Shown here: one piece after another, positions 1 through 8,975 of the stretch
How the letters are laid out: the number at the start of each line of letters is the position of its first letter
Numbering within the stretch: position 1 is the stretch's first letter
Source: Bacteroidota bacterium
Lineage (GTDB): Bacteria; Bacteroidota; Bacteroidia; Flavobacteriales_D; JABDKJ01
NCBI GenBank assembly: GCA_027621335.1
Contig: JAQCAN010000001.1
Span: forward strand, 1-31,356
Direction: 5' to 3'
DNA length: 31,356 nucleotides
The notes under the pieces: model-generated
Seen by the model: only the letters and a program-made list of their open reading frames with translations
Told to the model about the DNA's origin: nothing
Database searches by the model: none
Made by a program: the position numbers and the translations under genes

Positions 1-237
1 TGGACGATCATCACGAGGATCTTCATTGACTTCAGATTGACAGTAGGAGAGGTACTTCTAGCCTATCGCTTCGAGTTGCTGGTTTCTGTCTTTGTCACAC
101 ATCTTCTCGTCTATACCGTATTCCTCAATAAGGAGTTGAAGTTCAAGTATAACTGGCTCTATATCGTAACTATTCTATTTGTTATCATGATCTTTGGACA
201 AGACTATCGAGAGAATTTCATCTATTTCCAATTCTGA
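1..237 (+). CDS. MBOAT family O-acyltransferase (AlgI/DltB-like), C-terminal part, truncated by window edge
   Basis: Frame 1 is open from base 1 (WTIITRIFIDFRL...) to TGA 235-237. It is hydrophobic and ends in the FIYFQF terminus typical of AlgI-like MBOATs. The stop overlaps the ATG of the SGNH gene. Confidence 0.8.
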   Translation, partial: WTIITRIFIDFRLTVGEVLLAYRFELLVSVFVTHLLVYTVFLNKELKFKYNWLYIVTILFVIMIFGQDYRENFIYFQF

Positions 238-1265
238 TGAGGATAACTAAGTGGACCATCTATAGGATGACCTTCGGGGTCGGGATACTGGCCATAGTGG
301 TTGCACTTATTGTTGACTCTTTCTTCCAGTATTACGCCATACCTAATCAGAGGCATTTCTCCAATACGCGTAAAATAGATCGCATCATCGTTGGGAACTT
401 TGAGGAAGAGATTCCGATCTTCGGGAGTTCCGTGGCACGCAGAGGCTACTACTGTGACTCCATCGCTCCGAACGTCTATAACTATGGGATGTCAGGCTCC
501 CTGTTCAATAGCATCTATCCCTTGATGCAGATAGAATTGGATAAGGATAAGGATACTCCAGTTATCTTGGATTTCGATCATCACACCTTCCTTTACAGCG
601 AGCACATCAAACTGGACCTTAGTAATTATGTGCCTCATATTGAGAATGCATATATCAGGGAGATGTTGAAGGAACACGATAAATGTGATTGGAACTTCCG
701 AGTTCCAGGGCTAAGGTATTTTGGTCTTTATATGGACTACACGCGTGATTTCCTCAAACCGAAATTGGAGACTGAAGAACTCATCAGTTGTGGCGGAGTA
801 TTCTATCCTCCAAAGGAGCAGGTTTTCTTAAGGTACCTGGCCAAGCGTGAAGAGATGATCAAGGAGGAACAGGATCTAAGGGAAAAGAAAAAATCCAACC
901 CTACACTGTTTAACAATTCCGATGCTAGAAGGTTGGAATACTTCGAGGCCCTGTTCTCATTCCACCCTGATTCGGGCAACGTTGCGAAATTGGAGTCCTT
1001 GATGAGCGAGAATCCGAACCGGCAGTTCTTCTTGGTCTATTCCCCTCAGAATTGGAGTAAGATCGATGCCTTGGTGAATTATGATGAAATCATTTCTTTC
1101 CTAGCGAGACTGGAAAAGGATCATGCCAACTTGAAGGTCTTAGACTATTCTTTGGCAGACTTTCCTGACACTTACTATAGGGATAGTGGTCACATGAATA
1201 TCCTCGGTGCCAAGGTCTTCAGCGGGATGCTTGGAAGGGATATCAGACCTTATCTGAAGAATTAG
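237..1265 (+). CDS. Membrane-anchored SGNH-fold protein, likely periplasmic O-acyltransferase partner of the MBOAT
   Basis: N-terminal TM segment, block I-like IFGSS and block V-like YRDSGHMN (DxxH). TGATG coupling to the MBOAT gene. Confidence 0.7.
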   Translation: MRITKWTIYRMTFGVGILAIVVALIVDSFFQYYAIPNQRHFSNTRKIDRIIVGNFEEEIPIFGSSVARRGYYCDSIAPNVYNYGMSGSLFNSIYPLMQIELDKDKDTPVILDFDHHTFLYSEHIKLDLSNYVPHIENAYIREMLKEHDKCDWNFRVPGLRYFGLYMDYTRDFLKPKLETEELISCGGVFYPPKEQVFLRYLAKREEMIKEEQDLREKKKSNPTLFNNSDARRLEYFEALFSFHPDSGNVAKLESLMSENPNRQFFLVYSPQNWSKIDALVNYDEIISFLARLEKDHANLKVLDYSLADFPDTYYRDSGHMNILGAKVFSGMLGRDIRPYLKN

Positions 1266-1268
1266 TAT

Positions 1269-2039
1269 TCAGGCCTTCTTTCGCCATTCCTTCCACGCCA
1301 AAGGAAGAAAAGCCAGGTCATCCCATAGATACCGCTTGATCATTCGTCTAGGTTCACTTAGCATTCTATGAAGGAACTCCAAGCCAATCTTCTGCACCCA
1401 TTGGGGCGCTCTGGACTTGGTCCCGAAATAGAATTCGAATGAGGCCCCTAACAAATAGAAGAGAGGAGGGTGGCCAGTTGAAGACTCTGACATCAAATCC
1501 AAAGCAAGACGCTCCTGTTTTGGGAATCCTAATCCAATAAGTACATGAGTATATGTCCCATCAGATAGAAGTTCGCGGCAGACCTTCAAAACTTCATCAT
1601 AGGCTGGCCTATCGTCCAAGGTAAAAAAAGGTGGGGCATAAGCTTTGCAAAGGTGATATTCAGCTTCGAACCGGCCACCAAGCTCATCACTCGGAAGGAT
1701 CATCAGGACTCTTTCTCCGCGCAATCTGATATCACTCCATAGAAGAGGAAAGAGATCACTACCCGTAAGTCGACTCCTCAGTCCACCTTTGCCATACTTC
1801 CATTTACTGAGCCACACCAGCGGTTGACCATCTGGCAGCACATACCGTGCTTTCTTAGCGGCCACCATGATCTCTTTATTCTCATCGCGGTGGAGCTTTA
1901 CGATCTGATCTACATTGGGTGTGATAAGAAGGGGAAGAGTTCCTTCTTCATCTACCTTATTTCCGGCAATATCTCTGAGTAGGGATAGATGGTCGACATC
2001 ATCGATGAAATCCAGTCCGAAAAGGCGAACGGTTTTCAT
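1269..2039 (-). CDS. WecB/TagA/CpsF family glycosyltransferase (GT26)
   Basis: Motifs ITPNVD, LPDGQPLVWLS, RLTGSDL, LGFPKQE and RAPQWVQKIGLEFLHRMLSEPRR. Confidence 0.92.
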   Translation of the reverse strand: MKTVRLFGLDFIDDVDHLSLLRDIAGNKVDEEGTLPLLITPNVDQIVKLHRDENKEIMVAAKKARYVLPDGQPLVWLSKWKYGKGGLRSRLTGSDLFPLLWSDIRLRGERVLMILPSDELGGRFEAEYHLCKAYAPPFFTLDDRPAYDEVLKVCRELLSDGTYTHVLIGLGFPKQERLALDLMSESSTGHPPLFYLLGASFEFYFGTKSRAPQWVQKIGLEFLHRMLSEPRRMIKRYLWDDLAFLPLAWKEWRKKA

Positions 2040-3055
2040 GACATCCTTCTTTTGATGGTGTCAACGATACTGCGCATTCTATTTAGGTTGAAAAGGAGAG
2101 CTCCGAATAGCTTCACTGGAAAACTCAGATAGCTCACCAAAATGGCAACAGAATTAGGACGAACATCCACAGGTGCGTAACTGAACTTGGCCATATAGTC
2201 TTGACATATACGCTGACACTGCCACACTTCCACATCACTCAAGCCTTTTTCTTTCCACGTGCGGGATGGTTTCTTTCGAATTCCTTTATCCGCGGTGTTG
2301 TCAGCCTCCAAGGACGACCCTGCTTGATCGATCTCCAACATGGTCTCATCGAATTCCAATCCAAAGTGCTCGCAGATGAGTCTAACCTTATCCTGAGGAT
2401 GTTGGATAAGATCTTCGAATCGGACTTCAAGGACGGCCGGGTCAACTGAGTAATGAAGCCCAGCTTGAACCGCAGCATTCCAAAGTTTACTCATCGTGAT
2501 GGGATGATAGTTCATTCGTAAGCGCAGCACTTCCTTCTTGGTCATGAACGTTGCTCCTAGGTCCTTGCGCTTCCATTTGTTCTTTTGGGAGAGCATGGTT
2601 GCCCGGGGATCTCTGACCATGTGGAGGATTCTCGCTTCAGGAAAAGATTCCAGAATCTCTTTGATGTAGAAAACATTCTGTGGAGTCTTCTCACAGGTCT
2701 TCTCCTTGCTATGTGTATGGGGTTCATAGTCCAAAAAGGAGCCGTAGATCTGAATTCGGGTCAATGGTCGATCGCTGGGCCACGTGTCCAGTAGCGCTTC
2801 AATTTCTTTGGAATAAAGGTGTCCATGTTCCTCTACACTCTCGAAGAAACCAGCCCTTTGTCTAGTGAATAGTTTGGTATAGAGATCCTTTGCATCTGCC
2901 TTCGAAATAGTCTTACCCTGGTCAGAGGGTGACCACATGGTTTCAAAGAAATGAGGTTCATTGATGCTATGAACCTGAGGATGGCGGTCCATGATGCGCA
3001 TCATCATGGTGGTACCGCTGCGCGAGTTACCTACTATGAAGAGAGGCCCGATCAT
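2036..3055 (-). CDS. PAPS-dependent sulfotransferase (Sulfotransfer_3/TPST-like)
   Basis: 5'-PSB loop FIVGNSRSGTT, 3'-PB motif VRDPRATMLS, and VRFEDL. Start moved to ATG 3055, which gives an ATGA overlap with the upstream stop at 3052-3054; the track start at 3070 is TTG. Confidence 0.9.
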   Translation of the reverse strand: MIGPLFIVGNSRSGTTMMMRIMDRHPQVHSINEPHFFETMWSPSDQGKTISKADAKDLYTKLFTRQRAGFFESVEEHGHLYSKEIEALLDTWPSDRPLTRIQIYGSFLDYEPHTHSKEKTCEKTPQNVFYIKEILESFPEARILHMVRDPRATMLSQKNKWKRKDLGATFMTKKEVLRLRMNYHPITMSKLWNAAVQAGLHYSVDPAVLEVRFEDLIQHPQDKVRLICEHFGLEFDETMLEIDQAGSSLEADNTADKGIRKKPSRTWKEKGLSDVEVWQCQRICQDYMAKFSYAPVDVRPNSVAILVSYLSFPVKLFGALLFNLNRMRSIVDTIKRRMS

Positions 3056-4008
3056 TTGAACTGAGGCCAATAGTTAGATGCATCAACTTCTATAAGGGAG
3101 GAAAGAAGCCTGACTTCTGAAGCGTAATAACGGACCAAGTAGGCCTTCTCTTCAGCTGCGATGGATGGCAGGTCCTTGTCCGAATACAGCACTTTGGCCA
3201 AACTTCCCCGTAATTGTTTCGGCACCATTCCTTTCAGGGTCTTAATCACACCGGTCTTGACCAGGAGCGCATTCAACGAAGCAGACCGTGGAAGACTGGC
3301 GGTATTCTTCTTCGAGCTGACATCGAATTGGAAGGTCTCATCTACCTCCAGAAAGTGACAGATGTCTTTAAGGATATCTAAGGGACGGTCCCTATACTCC
3401 TCGTAGAAGATGACCTTCAACTGCTCTCTTGGGAACAATTGGAGATACCTTTCCAACTGCCTTCCATAATTCCCCAATTCCAAGTACTGATGATTCACGC
3501 CCCAACCTGAAGGGCTCTTCTCGGCATCTCGTTCGAGCTCGCTGATGAAGTCTTTCTCCTGAGTCTTGGCTTCTCGGAGGTTCATAAGGTACTGGGACCA
3601 AGCACGGCCAATAGGATTCCTGAGAATGACGATGAGCTTGGAATCAGGGTTGAAGTCGTGGATGGCTTGGGCTGAGCTCGGACAGACCATGTAGGAATTG
3701 CTTACATCGCCCAGGGTTTTCTCTCCTTCGACTTTGTCATAGAGGGCGAAATAGTGCTCGTCCGAGTTCACATGGGCGATATGGATTTTCTCAGGCATGC
3801 CTTTCTTGATGTAGGCATCCAGATCCAGTTTCACATCCAGAGCATATTCGGGAAGGAAATCCTCAGGATGGATATCGGCTTTTGCGAAGTGGTTGGTCTC
3901 CTTGATTGGGGGCAGGTAAACCTCAGGATGTTGATCCAGATAATGATAAAGGGAAGTAGAGCCTCCCTTCACTACACCGATCACGAAGAAATCAGGTTTC
4001 TTCTTCAT
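3052..4008 (-). CDS. PAPS-dependent sulfotransferase (heparan sulfate 3-O/N-sulfotransferase-like fold)
   Basis: PDFFVIGVVKGGSTSLYHYLDQHP...KETNHF and ILRNPIGRAWSQY. Confidence 0.92.
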   Translation of the reverse strand: MKKKPDFFVIGVVKGGSTSLYHYLDQHPEVYLPPIKETNHFAKADIHPEDFLPEYALDVKLDLDAYIKKGMPEKIHIAHVNSDEHYFALYDKVEGEKTLGDVSNSYMVCPSSAQAIHDFNPDSKLIVILRNPIGRAWSQYLMNLREAKTQEKDFISELERDAEKSPSGWGVNHQYLELGNYGRQLERYLQLFPREQLKVIFYEEYRDRPLDILKDICHFLEVDETFQFDVSSKKNTASLPRSASLNALLVKTGVIKTLKGMVPKQLRGSLAKVLYSDKDLPSIAAEEKAYLVRYYASEVRLLSSLIEVDASNYWPQFK

Positions 4009-4009
4009 A

Positions 4010-5566
4010 CTACTGCTGCGGAAGCCTGATGAGGTTGATTGAAAAGGCTGGGATCACGATATGGCTCAAGTCCGAACATGAGCCATTGAACACGTTGATC
4101 TGGCCATAATCATAAAGCGGTGATTCAGCGCTGAAACCACTCATTTCTGCTTTAAGGTTTTCTATCTTATCTTCCTTTAGACTGATAATTTCTTGCACGG
4201 GACTTTGGTTGATGACCACCAGAAATCGCTCAGACGAGCTTTGGAAGGCCTTTGTTGTCAAGAGTCTATTGTCTCCTTTCTGAATGGTATTCAAGGCCAG
4301 ATGGCTCACGTCACCATTGAAGAGAGGATTCAACAATTTGGCGCTATGGTAGGCTGCGTTTCCATAGAAGTCCCCTTTGCCATTGGTTGCAATGATGTTG
4401 AAGCCGCCACCAGAGGCCAATAGGTTATGATAGGTGGCCAAATGAACCTCATCCTGATCCGTGAGCATCATGAGATGCTCGGCCATGTAAAAGGCTTGGA
4501 GCATGGTGTTCCCCAAACCTTCGAAAACTTCTTTCACATTCCATTCGGTGAGCCACATTTTTCTTGGACTGAAGATTTCATCATAGGCCTCTATCCCTGA
4601 TGGTAATGTGGACTGGACCAATTCCAAGTTGTGCGTGATGTAGCAATCAGCCCTTTGGGGAAGCATGGCCATCTGATCACAATTCTTGCTCCTGGCATAA
4701 TTATGAACAACATAGCCATCGTAGAAGTCTTCTTTGGCCAAGGTGAGATTCCAAGCCGCAGTCTCTTCAGCTCGTTTCGTATTCATGCTCTTCATTTCAT
4801 CATTGGGAGCAGCTACGACTGCAAGGGGGATTTCTGGGTAGCGCTTTTTCAACTTCAATGCTATAGGCTTCACCGCCTTGATGTAGTCTTGGACACGTGG
4901 AAATTTATCTGAGTAGGTTTTCAGGTAGTACTCATTTCCCAGTTCTACACCTGCAATGGGTGTACCTGACTTAGAGAAGAACTCGACCATGGCCAGATTC
5001 TCTTCATCGCTTCCTGTAAAGTGATTCGTAACTAGGACCAGCGCTGATCCAGTAGATCTGCAGAGGTTCACCATATCTTGGGCATAGTTCTGGGAGAGCT
5101 TTCCGCGCTCGACATCTTCCAACTCCTTCTGTGCACTGCTTTTCGTGTTCTTATATGCATTGAAGCCAGCTACTGTTTCAGCATCAGAGATTTTCAATCC
5201 ATAACCAGGACCATTGAAGTGGTAGAAATTTGCAGACGTACCACCAGGGAATCGTAAGATATTGGGATGTATATCCTTGATCAATTTGACGCCTTTTTCC
5301 TCATCTGACAGGTTAAGGAAGAGGTTGGCCGTATTGTAGCCGTATAACCACTTGTTTATCAGTGTTCCAGTCCCATTCATCAATTTCAACGTCAAGCCAG
5401 CAGAAGGGTCTGAATCTGATGTGGGTCTGATGACAGCCTCAGTGGGTTCAGTGCCTTGTGATTCCGGCTCTTCACTAGCCGTTACACCTGAAGTCTGGGT
5501 ACAGGCCTTAAGGATGATTATCAGACCAATAGCGATAAGAGTAAGAGGAGATTCTTTAAGGGTCAT
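4010..5566 (-). CDS. Secreted, probably lipoprotein, clan GH-A glycoside hydrolase (GH79/GH51-like barrel plus beta-sandwich)
   Basis: Hydrophobic N-terminus ending LKA-C22, then an S/T/P/E-rich linker. Motifs LRFPGG, ELGNE212 (acid/base), VVHNY and MWLTE341WN (nucleophile). ATGA overlap with the wzy stop. Confidence 0.75.
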   Translation of the reverse strand: MTLKESPLTLIAIGLIIILKACTQTSGVTASEEPESQGTEPTEAVIRPTSDSDPSAGLTLKLMNGTGTLINKWLYGYNTANLFLNLSDEEKGVKLIKDIHPNILRFPGGTSANFYHFNGPGYGLKISDAETVAGFNAYKNTKSSAQKELEDVERGKLSQNYAQDMVNLCRSTGSALVLVTNHFTGSDEENLAMVEFFSKSGTPIAGVELGNEYYLKTYSDKFPRVQDYIKAVKPIALKLKKRYPEIPLAVVAAPNDEMKSMNTKRAEETAAWNLTLAKEDFYDGYVVHNYARSKNCDQMAMLPQRADCYITHNLELVQSTLPSGIEAYDEIFSPRKMWLTEWNVKEVFEGLGNTMLQAFYMAEHLMMLTDQDEVHLATYHNLLASGGGFNIIATNGKGDFYGNAAYHSAKLLNPLFNGDVSHLALNTIQKGDNRLLTTKAFQSSSERFLVVINQSPVQEIISLKEDKIENLKAEMSGFSAESPLYDYGQINVFNGSCSDLSHIVIPAFSINLIRLPQQ

Positions 5567-6906
5567 CCTATGGCTTTTGCGTTGTAATCCTCGATGTGAT
5601 TCTTTACTCGAACAATTTTATCCTGCTCGTAGAAATAATAAATGACCATAATGGCATTTATAGAGTGAGCGGCATACATGCTAAGGTAGCCATTGGAGAA
5701 TGAATCTACGAACAGAGCCAGGAGGAAGAATTGACAAGTCATAAGGAAGACGTTCTTTTTCAATGGGCCTATTTTGAGTCCAAAGAACAGTGCGAAGAGG
5801 AATTGGGAGTACAGAACAATCAACCCGATAAATCCATAGACAAAGACTTGTCCTGCTATTCCAATATCCGAGATGAAGAAGAAGCCTAGGAAATGCTGGA
5901 ATCCACCTTCCACCCATTGACCACTGACTTTGCCGCTTCCAATCCATGGATTCTTTTCAATGTACTCCAATGCAATATTCAATTCAGTCAGTCGAATGGA
6001 CTGCTCGGAAGTTGTGTTATCAACGCTGGAGACAGTGGTGAAGATATCGGAGAACATCACATAATACTTCGTATACTCTTCGGGAAAGAGCATCAACGTC
6101 AGTACAATCAGGAGAATGGCAGGAATACCGAATTTCAAGAGATTCAACACCTTGGATTTCAAACTCATCCTGAAAAGGAAGAAGGCCCCAATGGCTCCCA
6201 CAGACACAAGGATGGTCGTCCTATCTAATCTAAAGAAGACAATATAGATCAAGAACAACGCAGCATAGAGCAGGTAAATACTCTTACGCTTCATTATAGC
6301 TTTGATAGCATAGTAAATGGATCCAAAGAACATGTAAGACATATTGAAACGGAAGTATACATCACCCCCTTTCAGTTCATTCGCACCTGCTGCCCCTGTC
6401 TCCTGGAATTGAGAGGGATCCACAAGAAAAGTCATACCATAGAAAAGAATCATATTGAACCAGGCTACACTTACCCAAGCCTGCTCAACAAGTGAGATGT
6501 CGATCTCCTTATTTCTCAGCATGTTATAGACAATCAGGGCCCCGAAGATCAAGTAGAAATCACGAAAGGTTCCAATTCCATACAATAGAGGCTGCCCCCA
6601 TTCGAGATAGGCCGAGAAGCCCCCTAGGAAGGGAAGTAGAAACAACATAGAAAGTAGGAGTTCGAAGGGATTCAGTCGGAAATTACTTGTGAAGATCCGC
6701 TTAGAAACGCGATATCCGAGATAAAGGAAGATCACCCCCAGATAGATAGCTTCGAGAGCCAAATCTATAACCTGGAAAATCGTTTCCAGAAGCACCCTGA
6801 ATCCTACCAAGAAGTTGAAGAACAGGAAGATATAGTACAAGACGGCCTTGTCGAAAGTTACCTTGTAAGCTGACGCGTTCAGTCGTATAAGGTTGAAAAT
6901 CTTCAT
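5563..6906 (-). CDS. O-antigen polymerase/ligase family (Wzy-like) integral membrane protein
   Basis: About 10 or more hydrophobic segments. Late periplasmic loop SIRLTELNIALEYIEKNPWIGSG resembles Wzy_C. Located in a polysaccharide locus with Wzx. Confidence 0.75.
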   Translation of the reverse strand: MKIFNLIRLNASAYKVTFDKAVLYYIFLFFNFLVGFRVLLETIFQVIDLALEAIYLGVIFLYLGYRVSKRIFTSNFRLNPFELLLSMLFLLPFLGGFSAYLEWGQPLLYGIGTFRDFYLIFGALIVYNMLRNKEIDISLVEQAWVSVAWFNMILFYGMTFLVDPSQFQETGAAGANELKGGDVYFRFNMSYMFFGSIYYAIKAIMKRKSIYLLYAALFLIYIVFFRLDRTTILVSVGAIGAFFLFRMSLKSKVLNLLKFGIPAILLIVLTLMLFPEEYTKYYVMFSDIFTTVSSVDNTTSEQSIRLTELNIALEYIEKNPWIGSGKVSGQWVEGGFQHFLGFFFISDIGIAGQVFVYGFIGLIVLYSQFLFALFFGLKIGPLKKNVFLMTCQFFLLALFVDSFSNGYLSMYAAHSINAIMVIYYFYEQDKIVRVKNHIEDYNAKAIG

Positions 6907-6941
6907 GTCTTATTTTTCTAGATGTACTCCATTCCAGAGGT

Positions 6942-6994
6942 GTTCAGGCTGAACCATCCGTCAACCCTCCACTGAATCTTGGTTCATTTTGAAC
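6942..6994. promoter_or_regulatory. Two copies of palindrome GTTCA-N3-TGAAC, candidate tandem operator
   Basis: GTTCAggcTGAAC at 6942-6954 and GTTCAtttTGAAC at 6982-6994, exactly 40 bp apart, in the divergent intergenic region. Confidence 0.5.
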
Positions 6995-7000
6995 CGAGAG

Positions 7001-7032
7001 TAAAGCTAGGGTAACTAACGACAGTGGACAAA
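7001..7032 (-). promoter_or_regulatory. Bacteroidota sigma70-type promoter (-33 TTTG / -7 TAnnTTTG-like) for the wzy operon
   Basis: Minus strand TTTG (7032-7029), a 20-nt spacer, then TAGCTTTA (7008-7001, one mismatch). Confidence 0.5.
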
Positions 7033-7080
7033 TGAGGATTCAGCTTGTTTGAACATTAAACTGTGAGGATTAGCGGCCAC

Positions 7081-7115
7081 TTTGATTTATCCGAAAAGAA
7101 TAGAGGTTAATATTG
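7081..7115 (+). promoter_or_regulatory. Possible promoter for the sulfotransferase pair
   Basis: TTTG 7081-7084 and TAATATTG 7108-7115 (one mismatch). The spacer is 23 nt, slightly long, and the ATG lies 4 nt downstream. Confidence 0.35.
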
Positions 7116-7119
7116 CGAC

Positions 7120-8046
7120 ATGAAGGTTTCAGTGATGAATGTGGACATCTGCTTGCCTGATGTGATGATCGTTGGCGCTGCGAAAAGCGGAACGACCAGT
7201 CTCTATAGGATGCTCTCTAATCATAAGAGCATCTATTTTCCGCCTTCACAGAAGGAACCTTTCTATTTCTGCTTTCAAGGAAAGGAACCTATGGGTCTAG
7301 ATGAAGACTCCAAGAGCAGGCATATCTGGAGAACTGAGGACTACCTTTCACTCTACAAGGATTGTCCTTCTGAAGCTCTTGCAGTGGACGCTTCTACGGC
7401 CTACCTCTACAAGTTCGAGGAAAGTATTTCCCATATGGCCAAGCTTTATGGTGAAAAACTCAAGGAGGTCAAGGTCATCATTCTTCTGCGGAATCCTGTG
7501 CAGCGAGCATATTCACACTACACCTATCTGGTGAGAAATGGCTTCGAGACGCTGCCGTTCGAGGAGGCGATCAAAGTAGAGAACATCGAGGCAAGGAAGG
7601 AGAGGAGATGGGGCTTTGATTACTTGGGATATAGTTCCTACCCGGATCAGGTCAAGGCTTATATAGAGGCCTTTCCACATTGCAAGATCCTACTAACCGA
7701 GGATATGCGCGAGCCGGTCAGCTTCATGAAGGAGGTCACTGATTTCCTTGGGATTGAGCCAATGGAGGAAGTGAATGAAGTCCAAGCTAATCCTTCAGGC
7801 ATCCCTAAGAGCCGTTTCTTGGTTAACGTCCTGCGAAAGAACAAGGTGCTCAAGTCCATGGTGAACTTGCTTCCTGAAGCTCAAAAACATAGATTGCTTG
7901 ATAAGAGAGATGCCATGATGGGAAAATTGCTGGTCAAAGAATCGATGGATGCAGGCGTACGTGAGGACCTCGTAAGATATTTCGAATCGGACATCTTATT
8001 TCTGCAAAAGCTCATTGAAAGAGATCTGTCATCTTGGTTGAAATGA
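7120..8046 (+). CDS. PAPS-dependent sulfotransferase (HS-sulfotransferase-like)
   Basis: PDVMIVGAAKSGTTSLY...KEPFYF and LRNPVQRAYSHY. Confidence 0.92.
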   Translation: MKVSVMNVDICLPDVMIVGAAKSGTTSLYRMLSNHKSIYFPPSQKEPFYFCFQGKEPMGLDEDSKSRHIWRTEDYLSLYKDCPSEALAVDASTAYLYKFEESISHMAKLYGEKLKEVKVIILLRNPVQRAYSHYTYLVRNGFETLPFEEAIKVENIEARKERRWGFDYLGYSSYPDQVKAYIEAFPHCKILLTEDMREPVSFMKEVTDFLGIEPMEEVNEVQANPSGIPKSRFLVNVLRKNKVLKSMVNLLPEAQKHRLLDKRDAMMGKLLVKESMDAGVREDLVRYFESDILFLQKLIERDLSSWLK

Positions 8047-8966
8047 GCATCAGAACAGACGTGACATTACCTTCATTCCTTTTCGTAGGAACCGCTAAGG
8101 CAGGAACTACTTCTATAGAGAAGTACCTCAAGCAGCATCCTGATATCTGCATCCCAAGGAAGGAGACTTTCTATTTCTTAAAGGACATTTATCGGAACAA
8201 CCATCTCTCATATCCATTACAGCGAAGGAGAGATGAATACATTTTGAACAAGGAGGTCTATGAGGAAGAGTATGCTGGAATAGAGGCAATGGTCACAGGG
8301 GAAGTAGGAACGGGATACCTCTTTCATCATGAGCTGGCCATCCCTAGAATCAAAGAGACCTTAGGGGATGATGTCAAGATTCTGATGGTACTGCGACATC
8401 CTGTGGATAGATGCTACAGTTCCTATCTTCATTTCGCCAAGGACCTCCATGAGAAAGGCACCTTCGAGGAAGTCTTGGATAGCGAAGAAAAGCGTTTCAA
8501 AGAAGGGTGGGATTTCATGTGGCAGCACAGGTTGATGGGGCTCTATGCGAAACAAGTGGAGGCCTATCTAGGAGCTTTCAAAGAGGTGAAAGTCCTGTTC
8601 TATGAGGACTTTAGGAGAGCACCGGATGTCTTCATGAAGGAGGTGTTCGAATTCATTGACGTGAATCCGAATATCAATCTTGATCTAGCCAAGACTCATA
8701 ATGCATCTGGTACACCCAAGAACGAAACTCTGCAGCGTTTCATCACACAAGAGACTTTTCTAAAAAGGCTCGTCAGGCCCCTTTTTCGATTAGTTTTCTC
8801 TAAGGATAGAAGGGAGAAGATACGTAAGGAGGCCAAAGGGAGGAACCTGAAGAAGAGCGAAGGACTCAGTGCAGAACAACGGTCAAAACTGATGTCTTTT
8901 TATAGTGATGATATCGCTGAATTGAGTGCTCTTATCGGGCGTCCATTGACTGAAATCTGGAACTAG
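8043..8966 (+). CDS. PAPS-dependent sulfotransferase (HS-sulfotransferase-like)
   Basis: PSFLFVGTAKAGTTS...QHP...KETFYF and LRHPVDRCYSSY. Start set to ATG 8043 (ATGA overlap with the upstream stop). Confidence 0.92.
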   Translation: MSIRTDVTLPSFLFVGTAKAGTTSIEKYLKQHPDICIPRKETFYFLKDIYRNNHLSYPLQRRRDEYILNKEVYEEEYAGIEAMVTGEVGTGYLFHHELAIPRIKETLGDDVKILMVLRHPVDRCYSSYLHFAKDLHEKGTFEEVLDSEEKRFKEGWDFMWQHRLMGLYAKQVEAYLGAFKEVKVLFYEDFRRAPDVFMKEVFEFIDVNPNINLDLAKTHNASGTPKNETLQRFITQETFLKRLVRPLFRLVFSKDRREKIRKEAKGRNLKKSEGLSAEQRSKLMSFYSDDIAELSALIGRPLTEIWN

Positions 8967-8975
8967 TAGAGGGAT

